Below are positions 10,365 through 20,031 of a stretch of DNA of 64,000 nt, in pieces. Source of the stretch: an uncultured Chloroflexia bacterium (lineage in GTDB: Bacteria; Chloroflexota; Limnocylindria; Limnocylindrales; CSP1-4); assembly GCA_963813305.1 (NCBI GenBank), contig CAWEYP010000006.1:31056-95055 (forward strand), in the 5' to 3' direction. Both the position numbers and the translations under genes were made by a program. Below the pieces are notes generated by a model. That model searched no databases. It was given only the letters and a program-made list of their open reading frames with translations, and was not told where the DNA came from. Within the stretch, counting starts at the first letter, position 1, and every line of letters starts with the position of its first letter.

Positions 10365-11045
10365 CTACAGGACGCCGAGCCCGTTCAGCGCCTTGACCAG
10401 GAACCACGTCCCGAAGACGAGCCCGAGGCCGACCACGAGGACCCGGTTGTACCGCTGGAGCAGGCCGGCGATCCGGTCGAGCACGGCGGCCGAGCGCTCC
10501 GGCATCGCGAAGGCGATCGCAAGGATGGCCAGCAGCACAGACTGGGCCAGCACCACGAAGAGAAGGAACGTGGCGATCGCGGCGGGCTGGCTCATCTCGG
10601 CCGCCTCGATCGCCGCGATGGCACCCAGCGTGAACACCCAGAACTTGGCGCTGGCGATCACCAGGCCGACTCCCATCAGGTAGGCCCTGCCGGGCGTCAC
10701 GCTCTCCACCGTCGCCATCCACCTCGGGGGCGGGGAGTCCTCGTCGGGCTGCTGCAGGAGCTGCTTCGCGGCGCTCACGTAGAACACGATCGCGATCACG
10801 AGCAGGAGCAGCGAGACGGCGCCGCCGGGTCCGTCCGTACCCGAGCCGGTGCCGTTCCCGGCGCCCAGGACCAGCCCGAAGACGAGGCCCTGCGCAAGGC
10901 GCACCGTGGTCATGCCGGCGACCCACGCGACAGCCGCGATCCGGCCCGTCTTCGAGCGCAGCAGCAGCGTCGTGATGACGATCTGGATCGGCACCAGCGC
11001 GCTGCCGATGACGAGCGGGATCAGCGAGGTCCAGAGATCCGACAT
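10365..11045 (-). CDS. GAP family (Sap-like) integral membrane protein
   Basis: This is the C-terminal 226 aa of ORF 10365..12953, starting MSDLWTSLIPLVIGSALVPIQIVITTLLL. It has six hydrophobic segments and family-typical length and pattern. Confidence 0.75.
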   Translation of the reverse strand: MSDLWTSLIPLVIGSALVPIQIVITTLLLRSKTGRIAAVAWVAGMTTVRLAQGLVFGLVLGAGNGTGSGTDGPGGAVSLLLLVIAIVFYVSAAKQLLQQPDEDSPPPRWMATVESVTPGRAYLMGVGLVIASAKFWVFTLGAIAAIEAAEMSQPAAIATFLLFVVLAQSVLLAILAIAFAMPERSAAVLDRIAGLLQRYNRVLVVGLGLVFGTWFLVKALNGLGVL

Positions 11046-11198
11046 GACGTCTCCAGAGGCCGTACGCCGCGGGCGTCCGCGTCGCGCTGACGCTCGGCGG
11101 CGGGGTGATCGCGTGGCTGGCGCTCGGACGCCGAGATCCGCTGGCCACGGTCTATGAGCACCGCGACGAGCGGGAGGTACCCGCGGGTTGACGCCCGC

Positions 11199-11217
11199 GG
11201 CGCGCCTGTCGCGCGCC
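11199..11217 (-). terminator. GC hairpin (7-bp stem GGCGCGC/GCGCGCC, 5-nt loop) between the DUF2252 and GAP genes, without a U-tract
   Basis: Read directly. The position just downstream of the DUF2252 stop fits a terminator or attenuator, but no T-run follows. Confidence 0.25.
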
Positions 11218-11250
11218 CTCGTCAACGGGTGGCCGCTCCCGGCCGGAAGC

Positions 11251-12748
11251 TCAACCGCCGGCCGGCATCGACACCCGTCCGGCTTTGATCGCAGCGAGGT
11301 ACGCCTCGTAGTCGCGCTGGTTGACGTCCGCGTAGGTCTCGGAGAAGTCGGCGATGGCGCCGTCGAAGCTTGTCGCCCGCCCCGAGGTAGGCGGAGATGG
11401 CTGCGGCGTCGCCCGTGCGGGCGTGCGCCCGCGCCAGCGACCAGCCGCAGAGACCCCCGTAGAAGCCCAGGCCGGGAGCCTGGATGGTGGCGATGTCCAC
11501 GGAGCCCTTCATGTCCCAGAGCTGGCGCAGGTAGAAGTCGCGGCCGCCGGGGCCCCGGGTCCAGCCCAGGAAGATGTCGGACGTCGCCTGCATCAGCTGC
11601 TGCCCGACGACCACGCGCTGGGCGTGGTTGGCGTGCCCGCTCGTCTCGACGTACGGCTCCAGGACCGAGGCCGTGGCCTCCTTGGCCTGCAGGATCAGCG
11701 GGTCGTTCTCGTCGCGGCCCTCCAGGACGAGCACGAAGCAGCGCGTCCCGACGCTCCCGACGCCGACCACCTTGAGGGCGAAGTCGACGAAGCGGTAGCG
11801 CTCCAGGAAGGCACGCCAATTCTCGGGCATCGTGGCCCGGTAGTCGGTGAAGACCTTCTCGAGGGCGGCCGGGCCGCCCTCGATCTCGACGTGGATGATG
11901 ACGGGTGGGTCGTCGAGGATGACCCGGCGGCCGTCGACCACCGCGGTCAGCGACTCGAAGGCGCGCATGCCGTCCCGCCGGCGGGCCTTGGTGAAGACGG
12001 CCTCGAGCCGGGCACGGCGCTCGACCGCCGAACGGCCCTGGAGCAGGCCGCTTGCCTCGCCGGCCTCCCGGATGTCGGCGTCGGTGATCTGGACATACCA
12101 GACGTCGAGCAGGCGCATGCCCGCATAGCGGGCCATCCACTGGCGGTAGCCGCGGACGGCCGCCATCGTCGCCGCGCGGTTCTGGGTGGCTGAGAAGCCG
12201 TTGGCCCGACCGGCGATGACGATGCTCGCGGCGAGGCGCTTCACGTCCCACTCCCACGGCCCCGGGAGCGTCTCGTCGAAGTCGTTGGCGTCGAAGACGA
12301 GAGTCCGCTCCGGCGAGGCGAAGAGCCCGAAGTTCGACAGGTGGGCGTCGCCGCTGGCCTGGACGATGATGTCGCTCCGGGGCGTCGAGGCGAGGTCGAA
12401 GGCCATCACCGCGGGCGTGCCCCGGTAGTAGGCGAACGCTGACTCCGCCATCCGCTCGTGGCGCAGGGGCACGAGCTCCTGGAGCCGGTCCTCCTCCTGG
12501 GCCGCAAGAATGGCGATCGGGTTGCGATCGGGCGCCGGCTCGAAGGTGGCGTGGCTCGCCCGCGGAACGCGCTTCCGGGCGTCCCTGCCCTGGGCCGCGC
12601 GCTTCACCGGGTCCACCCACGGCCGGGCCGTCCAGCTGGGCCCCTGCGGCGGGAGATCGGATTGCCACGCGGCGTCGTATTCCGCCGCGGTCGCCTTGTC
12701 GGGGACGGCCTTCCGGCTTCGCCGCACCGGCTTCGTCGGTTCGGTCAT
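11251..12748 (-). pseudogene. DUF2252 domain protein, C-terminal tail shifted as assembled
   Basis: ORF 11222..12748 has RMAESAFAYYRGTPAVMAFDLA and DFYLRQLWDMKGS, typical of DUF2252. After ISAYLGAGDK the expected tail (FDGAIADFSETYADVNQRDYEAYLAAIKAGRVSMPAGG*) is in the adjacent frame, ending at 11251. The shift is near 11375. Confidence 0.8.
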
Positions 12749-12939
12749 GGTTCAGTTCCTCCGGGATGCGGCGAGGGCTCGTTGTCCCCTGTCGGCGACC
12801 ATTCCACGCCCTGCAGACCCCGGACGCACCATCCCGTTCGGATGGTCCGGCGGCGGCAGCGCGGCGATGTTGCCCTCGAGCATAGCCTCCCGGCGGTTCG
12901 CGTCGCACCCTGCTGCGGCCGACTGCGGCGGCCGCCCCG

Positions 12940-12965
12940 CCGGTGGCCGTCACCGGTGGCCGTCA
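12940..12965. repeat. 13-bp tandem duplication (CCGGTGGCCGTCA x2) that includes the stop codon of the oxidoreductase gene
   Basis: Read directly. On the minus strand the unit is TGACGGCCACCGG x2, starting exactly at the TGA stop (12965-12963). Confidence 0.7.
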
Positions 12966-14408
12966 GCCGCGGATGCCGAACTCGTGCCGGATCGCGCTCC
13001 GGGCCGCCCGGTGCCCGGCCATCCCGTGGACGCCTCCACCGGGCGGCGTCGAGGAGGAGCACAGGTAGACCCCGGGGATCGGCGTGCGGTACGGGTCGGC
13101 CGCGAGGGTCGGGCGGGCGAGCACCTGGGGCAGCGTGGCGAGGCCGCCGCCGATGTCGCCGCCGACGTAGTTGGGGTTGTAGCGCTCGTGACCGGCCGCC
13201 GTCCGCACGTGGCGGGCGAGGACGCGGTCGCGGAAGCCGGGCGCGACCCGCTCGACCTCCGCCTCGATCAGCTCGGTCGCGTCGACGTCCGAGCCGTGCG
13301 GGACGTGGGCATAGGCCCAGGCCGTGTGCCGGCCGGCCGGGGCGCGCGTCGGGTCCATGACCGTCGCCTGCACCAGGATCACGAACGGTCGGCGCGGGAT
13401 CCGGCCGGCCGCGACGGCACGCTCGCCCGCCGCGAGCTGGGACAGGCCGCCGCCGAGATGGACCGTGCCGACGACCGCGAGACCCGGATTGCGCCACGGG
13501 ACCGGCCCGTCGAGCGCCCAATCCAGCTTGCAGACGCCAGGGCCGTACCGGAACTGTCCCAGGCGCCGGACATACCCGGCCGGCGCGCGGTCGCCCGCGA
13601 TCGCCACCAGCTGGCGCGGGGTGACGTCGAGGAGGATGGCCCGGGCCGGCGGCATGTCGGCGAGGCGCGTGACCGGGGCGTCCGTGACGACCTCTCCGCC
13701 CAGGCGGGCAAGCTCCGCGACGAGCGCGTCGGCAAGTCGCTGGGATCCACCCGCCACCACCGGCCAGCCGACGGCGTGGGCGGCGGTCGCGAGCACGAGG
13801 CCGTACGCGGCACTCCCCGGTGACTCGAGGGGGACCATCGCGTGCGCCGCCAGCGCGCCGAGCAGCGCCCGGGTCGGCTCTTCGCGGAACGCCAGGCGGG
13901 CCAGCCCCGCCGCCGGGAGCAGGGCCGCCGGCCCGAAGCGCGCCGCCGCGACAAGATGGCGCGTGGGCCGCGGGATGGGACCCAGGATCCACGGCATCAG
14001 CCGCTCCGCGTCGCGCGCCAGCGGCCCGACCAGGCGTCGCCACGCGGCCCCGTCGCGCCCCAGCCCGGACGCCGTCTCCTCGACCGAGCGGTGGAGCAGC
14101 ACGGCACGGTCGGGGGTGAGGACGAGCGCGGCGGGCACGTCCGGGTGGGCCAGGCCCACCCCGAGACCTCCCAGGTCCAGGGAGCGGAAGAAGGGCGAGA
14201 CGAGCGCGGTCGCAACGACCGTCGCGCACGGGTCGTGGACGAACCCGGGGAGCGTCAGCTCGGCGGAGCGCAGGCCGCCGCCCGCGGTCGACGCGCCCTC
14301 GTACACCCGGACCGCCAGGCCGGCGCGGGCGAGGGTGATGGCCGCGGCCAGTCCGTTCGGCCCGCTGCCGACGACGATCGCGTCGAGCGCGTGGTCGGGG
14401 ATGCTCAT
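12963..14408 (-). CDS. NAD(P)/FAD-dependent oxidoreductase, phytoene desaturase (CrtI-like) family
   Basis: ORF 12963..14408 is intact. It has the N-terminal dinucleotide fold DAIVVGSGPNGLAAAITLARAG and a C-terminal GVYLCSSSTPPGGGVHGM typical of this family. Confidence 0.85.
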   Translation of the reverse strand: MSIPDHALDAIVVGSGPNGLAAAITLARAGLAVRVYEGASTAGGGLRSAELTLPGFVHDPCATVVATALVSPFFRSLDLGGLGVGLAHPDVPAALVLTPDRAVLLHRSVEETASGLGRDGAAWRRLVGPLARDAERLMPWILGPIPRPTRHLVAAARFGPAALLPAAGLARLAFREEPTRALLGALAAHAMVPLESPGSAAYGLVLATAAHAVGWPVVAGGSQRLADALVAELARLGGEVVTDAPVTRLADMPPARAILLDVTPRQLVAIAGDRAPAGYVRRLGQFRYGPGVCKLDWALDGPVPWRNPGLAVVGTVHLGGGLSQLAAGERAVAAGRIPRRPFVILVQATVMDPTRAPAGRHTAWAYAHVPHGSDVDATELIEAEVERVAPGFRDRVLARHVRTAAGHERYNPNYVGGDIGGGLATLPQVLARPTLAADPYRTPIPGVYLCSSSTPPGGGVHGMAGHRAARSAIRHEFGIRG

Positions 14409-14460
14409 CGTCTCCGTATCTTCGGCGGTCCGCCGTGCCCCCGGACGCGCGATTCGCCGG

Positions 14461-15213
14461 TCAGGCGCCGCGCCGCCGGAGCATCGATCGCGGGTGCGTC
14501 ATCGTCCAGAGGCCCGACCGGATGGCGGAGTTGTGGCGGATGTTGCCCGCTTGGCGCCACTGGCGCTTACGGTCGACACAGACCTGCTCCGTGGTCGGCG
14601 TGCCCACTGCCCCGAAACGTGTCGCGAGGTTCCGCAGTGTCGCCTCCCAGTGCCGGTTCTCCTGGGCGTGGCCACCGGCCATCAGCATCGCCTCGAAGAA
14701 GGGGTCGCTGGCCCGCAGCAGCGCGCGAACCTGGGCCACGGTCGCCCCGTCAACGTCCCCGTCGCGCTCCGCGCTGAAGGTGATCCAGGCCGCGAAGATG
14801 TGGCCCTCCGGGGTCATGAACGTGAACGACTCGTCGTCCGCGTAGATGACCAGGACGCCGGTCGAGAGGACCTGGCGGCCCGGCACGTCGTTGTTGATCA
14901 GGCCGACCTCGCCAGGCGCGATCTCGGCGAATGGGGCGTAGAAGTGGGCGCCCTTCGGCCAGAAGGAGCCGAACTCGCGCTTCCAGGTCGTGACGACCTC
15001 CTGCGGCGTCGCTTCCGCACCCTCGAGCCGGATCCGGTACGTCTTCTGCCAGAGCTGCCCGAAGCCCTGCAAAGGCCCCGACAGGCGCTTGCCGCTGACG
15101 TTGAGGTTGACCGCCTCGGCGGGCACGGCCCCGAGCGTGAGCCGGTCGACCGGACCCGACCAGGTGACCGTCGGGTCGCGCCGTGCCGGGGCGATGGTGT
15201 CGTCGCTGGCCAT
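14461..15213 (-). CDS. Conserved hypothetical protein (possibly DUF1990/UPF0548-like), last gene of the partner-switching operon
   Basis: ORF 14461..15213 is intact. AAGGGGGAG lies upstream of the ATG. There is weak resemblance (VLVIYADDESFTFMTPEGHIFAAWITFSA) to DUF1990. The function is unknown. Confidence 0.65.
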   Translation of the reverse strand: MASDDTIAPARRDPTVTWSGPVDRLTLGAVPAEAVNLNVSGKRLSGPLQGFGQLWQKTYRIRLEGAEATPQEVVTTWKREFGSFWPKGAHFYAPFAEIAPGEVGLINNDVPGRQVLSTGVLVIYADDESFTFMTPEGHIFAAWITFSAERDGDVDGATVAQVRALLRASDPFFEAMLMAGGHAQENRHWEATLRNLATRFGAVGTPTTEQVCVDRKRQWRQAGNIRHNSAIRSGLWTMTHPRSMLRRRGA

Positions 15214-15240
15214 GGGATCGTCTCCCCCTTCGTCCGCCGC

Positions 15241-15588
15241 TCAGGCGGATGCCGCCGCGAGCGCGGACGGCTCGTCCGCGTGGATGCCGATCGCCTCGTC
15301 CAGCCGCGTCAGCGACAGGATCTGGCGGTAGTGATCGTCGAGGCCCGTCGCCAGCAGGCGCTGGCCGGCCCGCTGGACGCGCACGAGCAGCGTCACGAGG
15401 AGCCCGATCCCGCCGCTGTTCATGTACTCGAGGCCGCCGAAGTCAAGCAGGATGGTCCGGACGCCCCCCTCGGACGCACGCTGGTACGCGTCCATGAGCC
15501 CGGGCTCGCTTGCCGCCGTGACGTCGCCGTGGATGCGGACCACGCCGGCCGATCCGGCGCGCTCCACCTCGAACGTGGTCGCTCCCAT
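15241..15588 (-). CDS. STAS-domain anti-sigma-factor antagonist (SpoIIAA/RsbV-like)
   Basis: ORF 15241..15588, 115 aa. It has LDFGGLEYMNSGGIGLLVTLL and HYRQILSLTRL, typical STAS motifs. Confidence 0.85.
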   Translation of the reverse strand: MGATTFEVERAGSAGVVRIHGDVTAASEPGLMDAYQRASEGGVRTILLDFGGLEYMNSGGIGLLVTLLVRVQRAGQRLLATGLDDHYRQILSLTRLDEAIGIHADEPSALAAASA

Positions 15589-15600
15589 GAGCCCCCTCCC

Positions 15601-15948
15601 TCACTCCGGCGTCGTCGCCGGCTCCTCGATCGTCATGAAGTCCGACAGGCGGGTGATCCGGAAGATCTCCCGGTAGTGGTCGGAGAGGCCGACCGCCCGC
15701 ACCCCGCGCCGCTCGCGCCGCGCCTCGGCCAGGAGGCGCACGACGAGGGCGATCCCCGTGCTGTTGATGTAGCCCGTGCCCCCGAAGTCGAGGACGATCT
15801 CGCCGCCGTCGGTGCCGATGGCGGCCACCGCCTGCGCGTAGGCCCCGGCCAGGACGGCATCGGCGGAACCGTTCAGGTCGCCTGCCATCACGATCCGCGC
15901 GCCGTCTGGCGCGGGCTCGACGTGGGCTGTCAGCCGTTCCACGCTCAT
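15601..15948 (-). CDS. STAS-domain anti-sigma-factor antagonist (second copy)
   Basis: This is the C-terminal 115 aa of ORF 15601..16503 (MSVERLTAHV...LDFGGTGYINSTGIALVVRLL...HYREIFRITRL). Its ATG overlaps the upstream stop (ATGA at 15945-15948). Confidence 0.85.
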   Translation of the reverse strand: MSVERLTAHVEPAPDGARIVMAGDLNGSADAVLAGAYAQAVAAIGTDGGEIVLDFGGTGYINSTGIALVVRLLAEARRERRGVRAVGLSDHYREIFRITRLSDFMTIEEPATTPE

Positions 15949-17588
15949 GCCGGTCCCTCCCCGCGGGTGAGCGCGAGCGTCACCGTCTGCCCGTCCGCGT
16001 GCTGTGTCACGTCCATGCGGTCCACCATGTGGCGGATCAGGAAGAGGCCCCATCCGCGCGGCTTCTGCAGCCCCGCGAGCTTCGCCTCGATGTCGGGCTC
16101 CTCGGCGTCGGAGATCGGCCCGGAGAGCGCTCGATCGGTGATCCGGACGAGGACCTCCAGGTCGGTCGCGCTCACCGCGACTGCCACCGGGATGTCGGGG
16201 CGGCCGGCGCTCCCGTACTCGATCGCGTTCATCGCCGCTTCGCTGACGGCGGTCTTGAGACGCTCGAGGCTGGCCGGCGGGATGTCGAGGCTCGCGACGG
16301 CCGCCGCGACGCGCTCGGCGACGTCGCGCTCGGTGCCGATCTCGCCCGGGATCGAGAAGGTCGCCAGGGTTCGCTCGTCGGTCTCTGCCGCGGCTTCCTG
16401 CGGCTCGTCCGCCAGCTCGGCGCGTCCCGCGGACGCGACGCGGCGAAGGGTCACGATCGTGAGGTCGTCCTCCTGGTCCCAGTCGCGGCCCGTGAAGCGC
16501 CACAGCCCCTCGACCAGGTCGTCCACCAGCTCGTTGCCGCTCCGCCCGGCGGCAAACGCGTCGCGCAGGCGCGGGAAGCCGAACATCGATCCGTCCGGGC
16601 CGTGCGCCTCGACGAAGCCGTCGGAGTAGAGGAGCATGTCGCCGCCTGCCGGCACCGTCATCTCCGCGGTGTCGTAGCGCATCCCCGGCATCAGACCGAG
16701 CGGCAGGCCGGTCGCCCGCACGTCCGCGACCTCGCCGCCGGACCGCACGTACGGCAGGTTGTGGCCGGCGTTCGCGAAGACGAAGCGACCGGTGGCCGGC
16801 TCGAGGATGCCGTAAAGGCAGGTCACGAACATCCTTGAGGGCATCTCCGGGACCAGGAGCTCGTTCACGCGCTCCAGGACGGCGCCGGGATCGTCGTAGC
16901 GGGGCGCCTCGCCGCGGATCGTCGACTGGGTGCGGGCCATGACGAGGGCCGCCGGGACGCCCTTGTCGGTCACGTCGCCCACGACGAGCCCGATGCGGCC
17001 GTCGGCCAGCGAGATGACGTCGTAGAAGTCGCCCCCGACGGCGCGGGCCGGGCCGTAGTAGGCGGCCACCTGCCAGTCGCGGAGCGCGGGAAGCTCCTTG
17101 GGCAGGAACTGCTGCTGGATCATCGTGGCCAGGCGGAGCTCCTGGTCGATCCGCTCCCGCTCGGCGGCTTCGGCCGCCTGCTCGCGGACCAGCTGGGCGA
17201 CCCGGATCGCGGGGGCCGCCTGCGCGGCGAGCGTCCCGAGCAGCCGCCGGTCGTCCGAGGAGTACTCCTGCTCGGACAGGCGCGGGCCGAGGTTCAGGGT
17301 CCCGATCAGCTCTCCCTGGGTTACGAGCGGGACGACCAGGGCGACGCCCGCGTCACGCAGCCGCTGGAGCGCATGCGACGCGAGGTCGAGCCTCGCGAGG
17401 TCGACCGGCCCGGGCGCGGACTGCAGGTAGGCGAACAGGGGATCGATCTCGGGGATCTCGACGGTGACGCCCGGCTGCTCGACGGGGACGGCGGAGGCGC
17501 GGGGGGCTGCCGCGGCAGGGACGGCGGGCGACGGCTCCGGCGTGGACCGGCCGGCGAGGCGACGGAACGGGCGGGTGAGCGCAGTCAT
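15945..17588 (-). CDS. GAF - PP2C (SpoIIE-type) phosphatase - HATPase_c (RsbW-like) fusion protein
   Basis: Lower part of ORF 15945..19058. It has a GAF-like segment (LVVPLVTQGELIGTLNLG), a PP2C segment (GGDFYDV...VVGDVTDKG...YSDG) and a C-terminal N-box-like segment (SEAAMNAIEYG...PRGWGLFLIRHMVD). GGAGGA lies 7 nt upstream of ATG 17588. Confidence 0.85.
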   Translation of the reverse strand: MTALTRPFRRLAGRSTPEPSPAVPAAAAPRASAVPVEQPGVTVEIPEIDPLFAYLQSAPGPVDLARLDLASHALQRLRDAGVALVVPLVTQGELIGTLNLGPRLSEQEYSSDDRRLLGTLAAQAAPAIRVAQLVREQAAEAAERERIDQELRLATMIQQQFLPKELPALRDWQVAAYYGPARAVGGDFYDVISLADGRIGLVVGDVTDKGVPAALVMARTQSTIRGEAPRYDDPGAVLERVNELLVPEMPSRMFVTCLYGILEPATGRFVFANAGHNLPYVRSGGEVADVRATGLPLGLMPGMRYDTAEMTVPAGGDMLLYSDGFVEAHGPDGSMFGFPRLRDAFAAGRSGNELVDDLVEGLWRFTGRDWDQEDDLTIVTLRRVASAGRAELADEPQEAAAETDERTLATFSIPGEIGTERDVAERVAAAVASLDIPPASLERLKTAVSEAAMNAIEYGSAGRPDIPVAVAVSATDLEVLVRITDRALSGPISDAEEPDIEAKLAGLQKPRGWGLFLIRHMVDRMDVTQHADGQTVTLALTRGEGPA

Positions 17589-17595
17589 CGGGGTG

Positions 17596-17629
17596 ATCCT
17601 CCGGGGCGAGCGTCCGGACATCGTTACGG
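17596..17629 (-). promoter_or_regulatory. Copy A of the conserved upstream element ATCCTC-N20-CGTTACGG (plus-strand reading), in front of the PP2C/kinase gene
   Basis: Read directly. It has the same architecture and the same distance to the start codon as copies at 20058-20091 and 25691-25724. It contains two CGTNNNN-type heptamers 11 nt apart (17611 and 17622). Confidence 0.4.
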
Positions 17630-18790
17630 ATTTCGCGATATCGGATGCACGGGAACGGGCTCCCGGATCCAGATCCCGGCGGAGCTGGGCCGGAGCGCCG
17701 CTCCGACGGTGCCCCTGATGTCCGACTCCAGACCCGCGAGGTCCACCTGGTCGCGCAGACGCTCGGCGAAGGCGGCAGCCGTCCGCTCGCCGTCGTATCG
17801 CGCCCGGTCGAAGCGGCGGTCGACGGCTCGCTGGACGCGTCGGCGCAGTGGCTGGAAGAGCGCGAACGCCACGAGTGTCGACGCGGCCACCGCGGGGGTC
17901 TGGTCCTGGGTGAACCCTGCCAGCACCGTCTGGAGGGCGATCACGCCACCTGCGAACACCGCGATGAGCAACCCGCTCACCACCGCCCAGCCGATCGTCC
18001 GGCTGATGAGCCGGTCGATCTCGAAGAGCCGGTAGCGCAGGATCGCGATCCCGATGGCGACCGGGAGCGCGAACATGGCGAGGATCGCCACGCTGCTCAG
18101 GGCGTCGGCCAGCTCGGGGTTCACGGTGTAGAGGACGAGCGCCACCGGAAGGACGACGGCCCCGACGCCGACGACCGCTACGAACCACTTGACCTGCTGG
18201 CGCTGCACCGGATCGCCCCGCCGGAATCGAAGCCAGACCGCGACCACGGCACCGCCGAAGCTCACGAGCGTCGCGAACAGCACGAACGGCTCGAGGGCGG
18301 CGAGGCCGGGGATCGTCGCGGACGCCCCGCCGGGCGACGGACCAAGGATCCCGCCCAGGGTCCACGCGACCATGTTGGCGATGGCGATCCACACAATCCA
18401 CCGGAAGCGGCGCGACAGCAGGCGTCCGTCCGGGAAGACGAGCGGGACCCCGATGAGGGCGATCACGAAGGGGTAGATGAACAGCGTGTCCCCGACGAGC
18501 CGGGCCAGGCCCGAGCCGGGCCACGGTGGCACCTGGAGCGCGCCGAGGTCGGCATACGTCCCGATGACGATGGCAGCGACCAGCACGGTCCCGGCGGCGA
18601 GCAGCAGGACGCCGATGGGGTTCGCGGGAACCCGGGTGCACAGGAGCGCTCCGACCCCCGCAAATGACGCGATCCCGATGGCGTAGAGGACGGCAGCGCC
18701 AACGTCGCCTGCCGGGTCGAACATGCTGGCGACGAGGAAGGCGACGATGTCCAGGCTCGCGATCCCCCAGGCGACACGGCCTCGCCGCAT
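17624..18790 (-). CDS. Sensor-like polytopic membrane protein lacking a kinase domain (paralogue 1)
   Basis: Lower 388 aa of ORF 17624..19681 (MRRGRVAWGIASL...). It has an FPDGRLLSRRFRW loop and the C-terminal conserved block LRYRLFEIDRLISRTIGW...LFQPLRRRVQRAVDRRFDRARYD...LRDQVDL. No HisKA/HATPase is present. Confidence 0.75.
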   Translation of the reverse strand: MRRGRVAWGIASLDIVAFLVASMFDPAGDVGAAVLYAIGIASFAGVGALLCTRVPANPIGVLLLAAGTVLVAAIVIGTYADLGALQVPPWPGSGLARLVGDTLFIYPFVIALIGVPLVFPDGRLLSRRFRWIVWIAIANMVAWTLGGILGPSPGGASATIPGLAALEPFVLFATLVSFGGAVVAVWLRFRRGDPVQRQQVKWFVAVVGVGAVVLPVALVLYTVNPELADALSSVAILAMFALPVAIGIAILRYRLFEIDRLISRTIGWAVVSGLLIAVFAGGVIALQTVLAGFTQDQTPAVAASTLVAFALFQPLRRRVQRAVDRRFDRARYDGERTAAAFAERLRDQVDLAGLESDIRGTVGAALRPSSAGIWIREPVPVHPISRNP

Positions 18791-18804
18791 CGGCCGACGC
18801 TCCT

Positions 18805-20031
18805 TCACCGAACGCCCTCGCCGCCCCGCAGCCAGAGGGTCGCTGCGACCGGGCGCACAGCCTCGTCGGCAGTCTCCATGAGCGCCCTTCGCAGCGCGGC
18901 GAGGTCCACCTCGTCGCGCAAGTGCGCGCCGAAGGCATCGATCGCCCGCTGCGCGTCCACGCGGGCCCGGTTGAAGCGACGGTCCACGGCCCGCTGGACG
19001 CGCCCGCGCAGCGGCTGGAACAGCGCCGCCGCCACCAGCGTGGAGGCGGCGACGGCAAGCGTGTTGTTCCCGGTCGCCGGCTCGAGCGCGAGCTGCAGCC
19101 CGACGACGACCGCGGCGAACACGGCCGCCAGGATGGCCGTCACGACGATCCAGCCGATCGTCCGGCTGATGATCCGGTCGATCTCGTACAGGCGATACCG
19201 CAGGACCGCGATCCCGATCGCCAGCCCGAGGCAGCCGAACGCGACCCCGACAGCCGCGTCGCCCAGGTCGCTGTAGCGGCCCGGGCCGGCGAATACCCCG
19301 TAGAGGGTCATCGCCAGCCCCACCACCACCGCGCCCCCGACGACCCACTTGAGCTGGGCACGCTCCACGAGCCCGCCGCGCCGCCATCGCCCCGCGAGGG
19401 ACACGACGGAGAGCAGCACGGTGGCCACGAGGAGGCCGTAGGCAGTCGTCCAGACGGCGTCGCCCGGGTAGGCGGATGAGCCGAACGGGCTGTCGATCGT
19501 GGGATAGAAGGGCAGGGGACCCGGCCGCAGGGCCACGGAGAGGGTCACCACGGCGACGAGCAGCACCTGGACACCCGGCAGGAGGCGCCACCGGCGGGAC
19601 GGGAGGCGGCCGTCCGGAAAGCGGAGGAAGAACGTCCCGACGAGCAGGAACATGGGCCCGTCGAGGAGGGTCACGAGCCACGCGAGCAGCGGCGCACCGG
19701 GTAGCGTGCCGGGGAGCCGGATGTAGGCGTCGGCAGCAAGGTAGAAGGCGAGGAGGCTCGCGAATGCCAGGAGGATGGGACCGATCCGGTTGCCGGGTCG
19801 CCGCTCGACGATGAGCAGCCCGATGACCGCGTAGAGGACTGCCTCGCCTCCGTAGAGGACCAGGCTCAGGGTCGCCGGCTTGCCGAGTGCCGTCGAGGCG
19901 CCTCCCGCCGTCGGCGCGGCGACGGCCCAGACGCCGGCGGCCACGGCGAGCGCCACCACCGCGCGGGCCGGCCAGCTCCGGACTCGCGTCGACGCCAGCG
20001 TCGGCGTGGTGGCCGCGGACCGCAGGTTCAT
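18805..20031 (-). CDS. Sensor-like polytopic membrane protein lacking a kinase domain (paralogue 2)
   Basis: ORF 18805..20031 is intact. It has FPDGRLPSRRWRL and LRYRLYEIDRIISRTIGW...LFQPLRGRVQRAVDRRFNRARVD...LRDEVDL. Confidence 0.75.
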   Translation of the reverse strand: MNLRSAATTPTLASTRVRSWPARAVVALAVAAGVWAVAAPTAGGASTALGKPATLSLVLYGGEAVLYAVIGLLIVERRPGNRIGPILLAFASLLAFYLAADAYIRLPGTLPGAPLLAWLVTLLDGPMFLLVGTFFLRFPDGRLPSRRWRLLPGVQVLLVAVVTLSVALRPGPLPFYPTIDSPFGSSAYPGDAVWTTAYGLLVATVLLSVVSLAGRWRRGGLVERAQLKWVVGGAVVVGLAMTLYGVFAGPGRYSDLGDAAVGVAFGCLGLAIGIAVLRYRLYEIDRIISRTIGWIVVTAILAAVFAAVVVGLQLALEPATGNNTLAVAASTLVAAALFQPLRGRVQRAVDRRFNRARVDAQRAIDAFGAHLRDEVDLAALRRALMETADEAVRPVAATLWLRGGEGVR

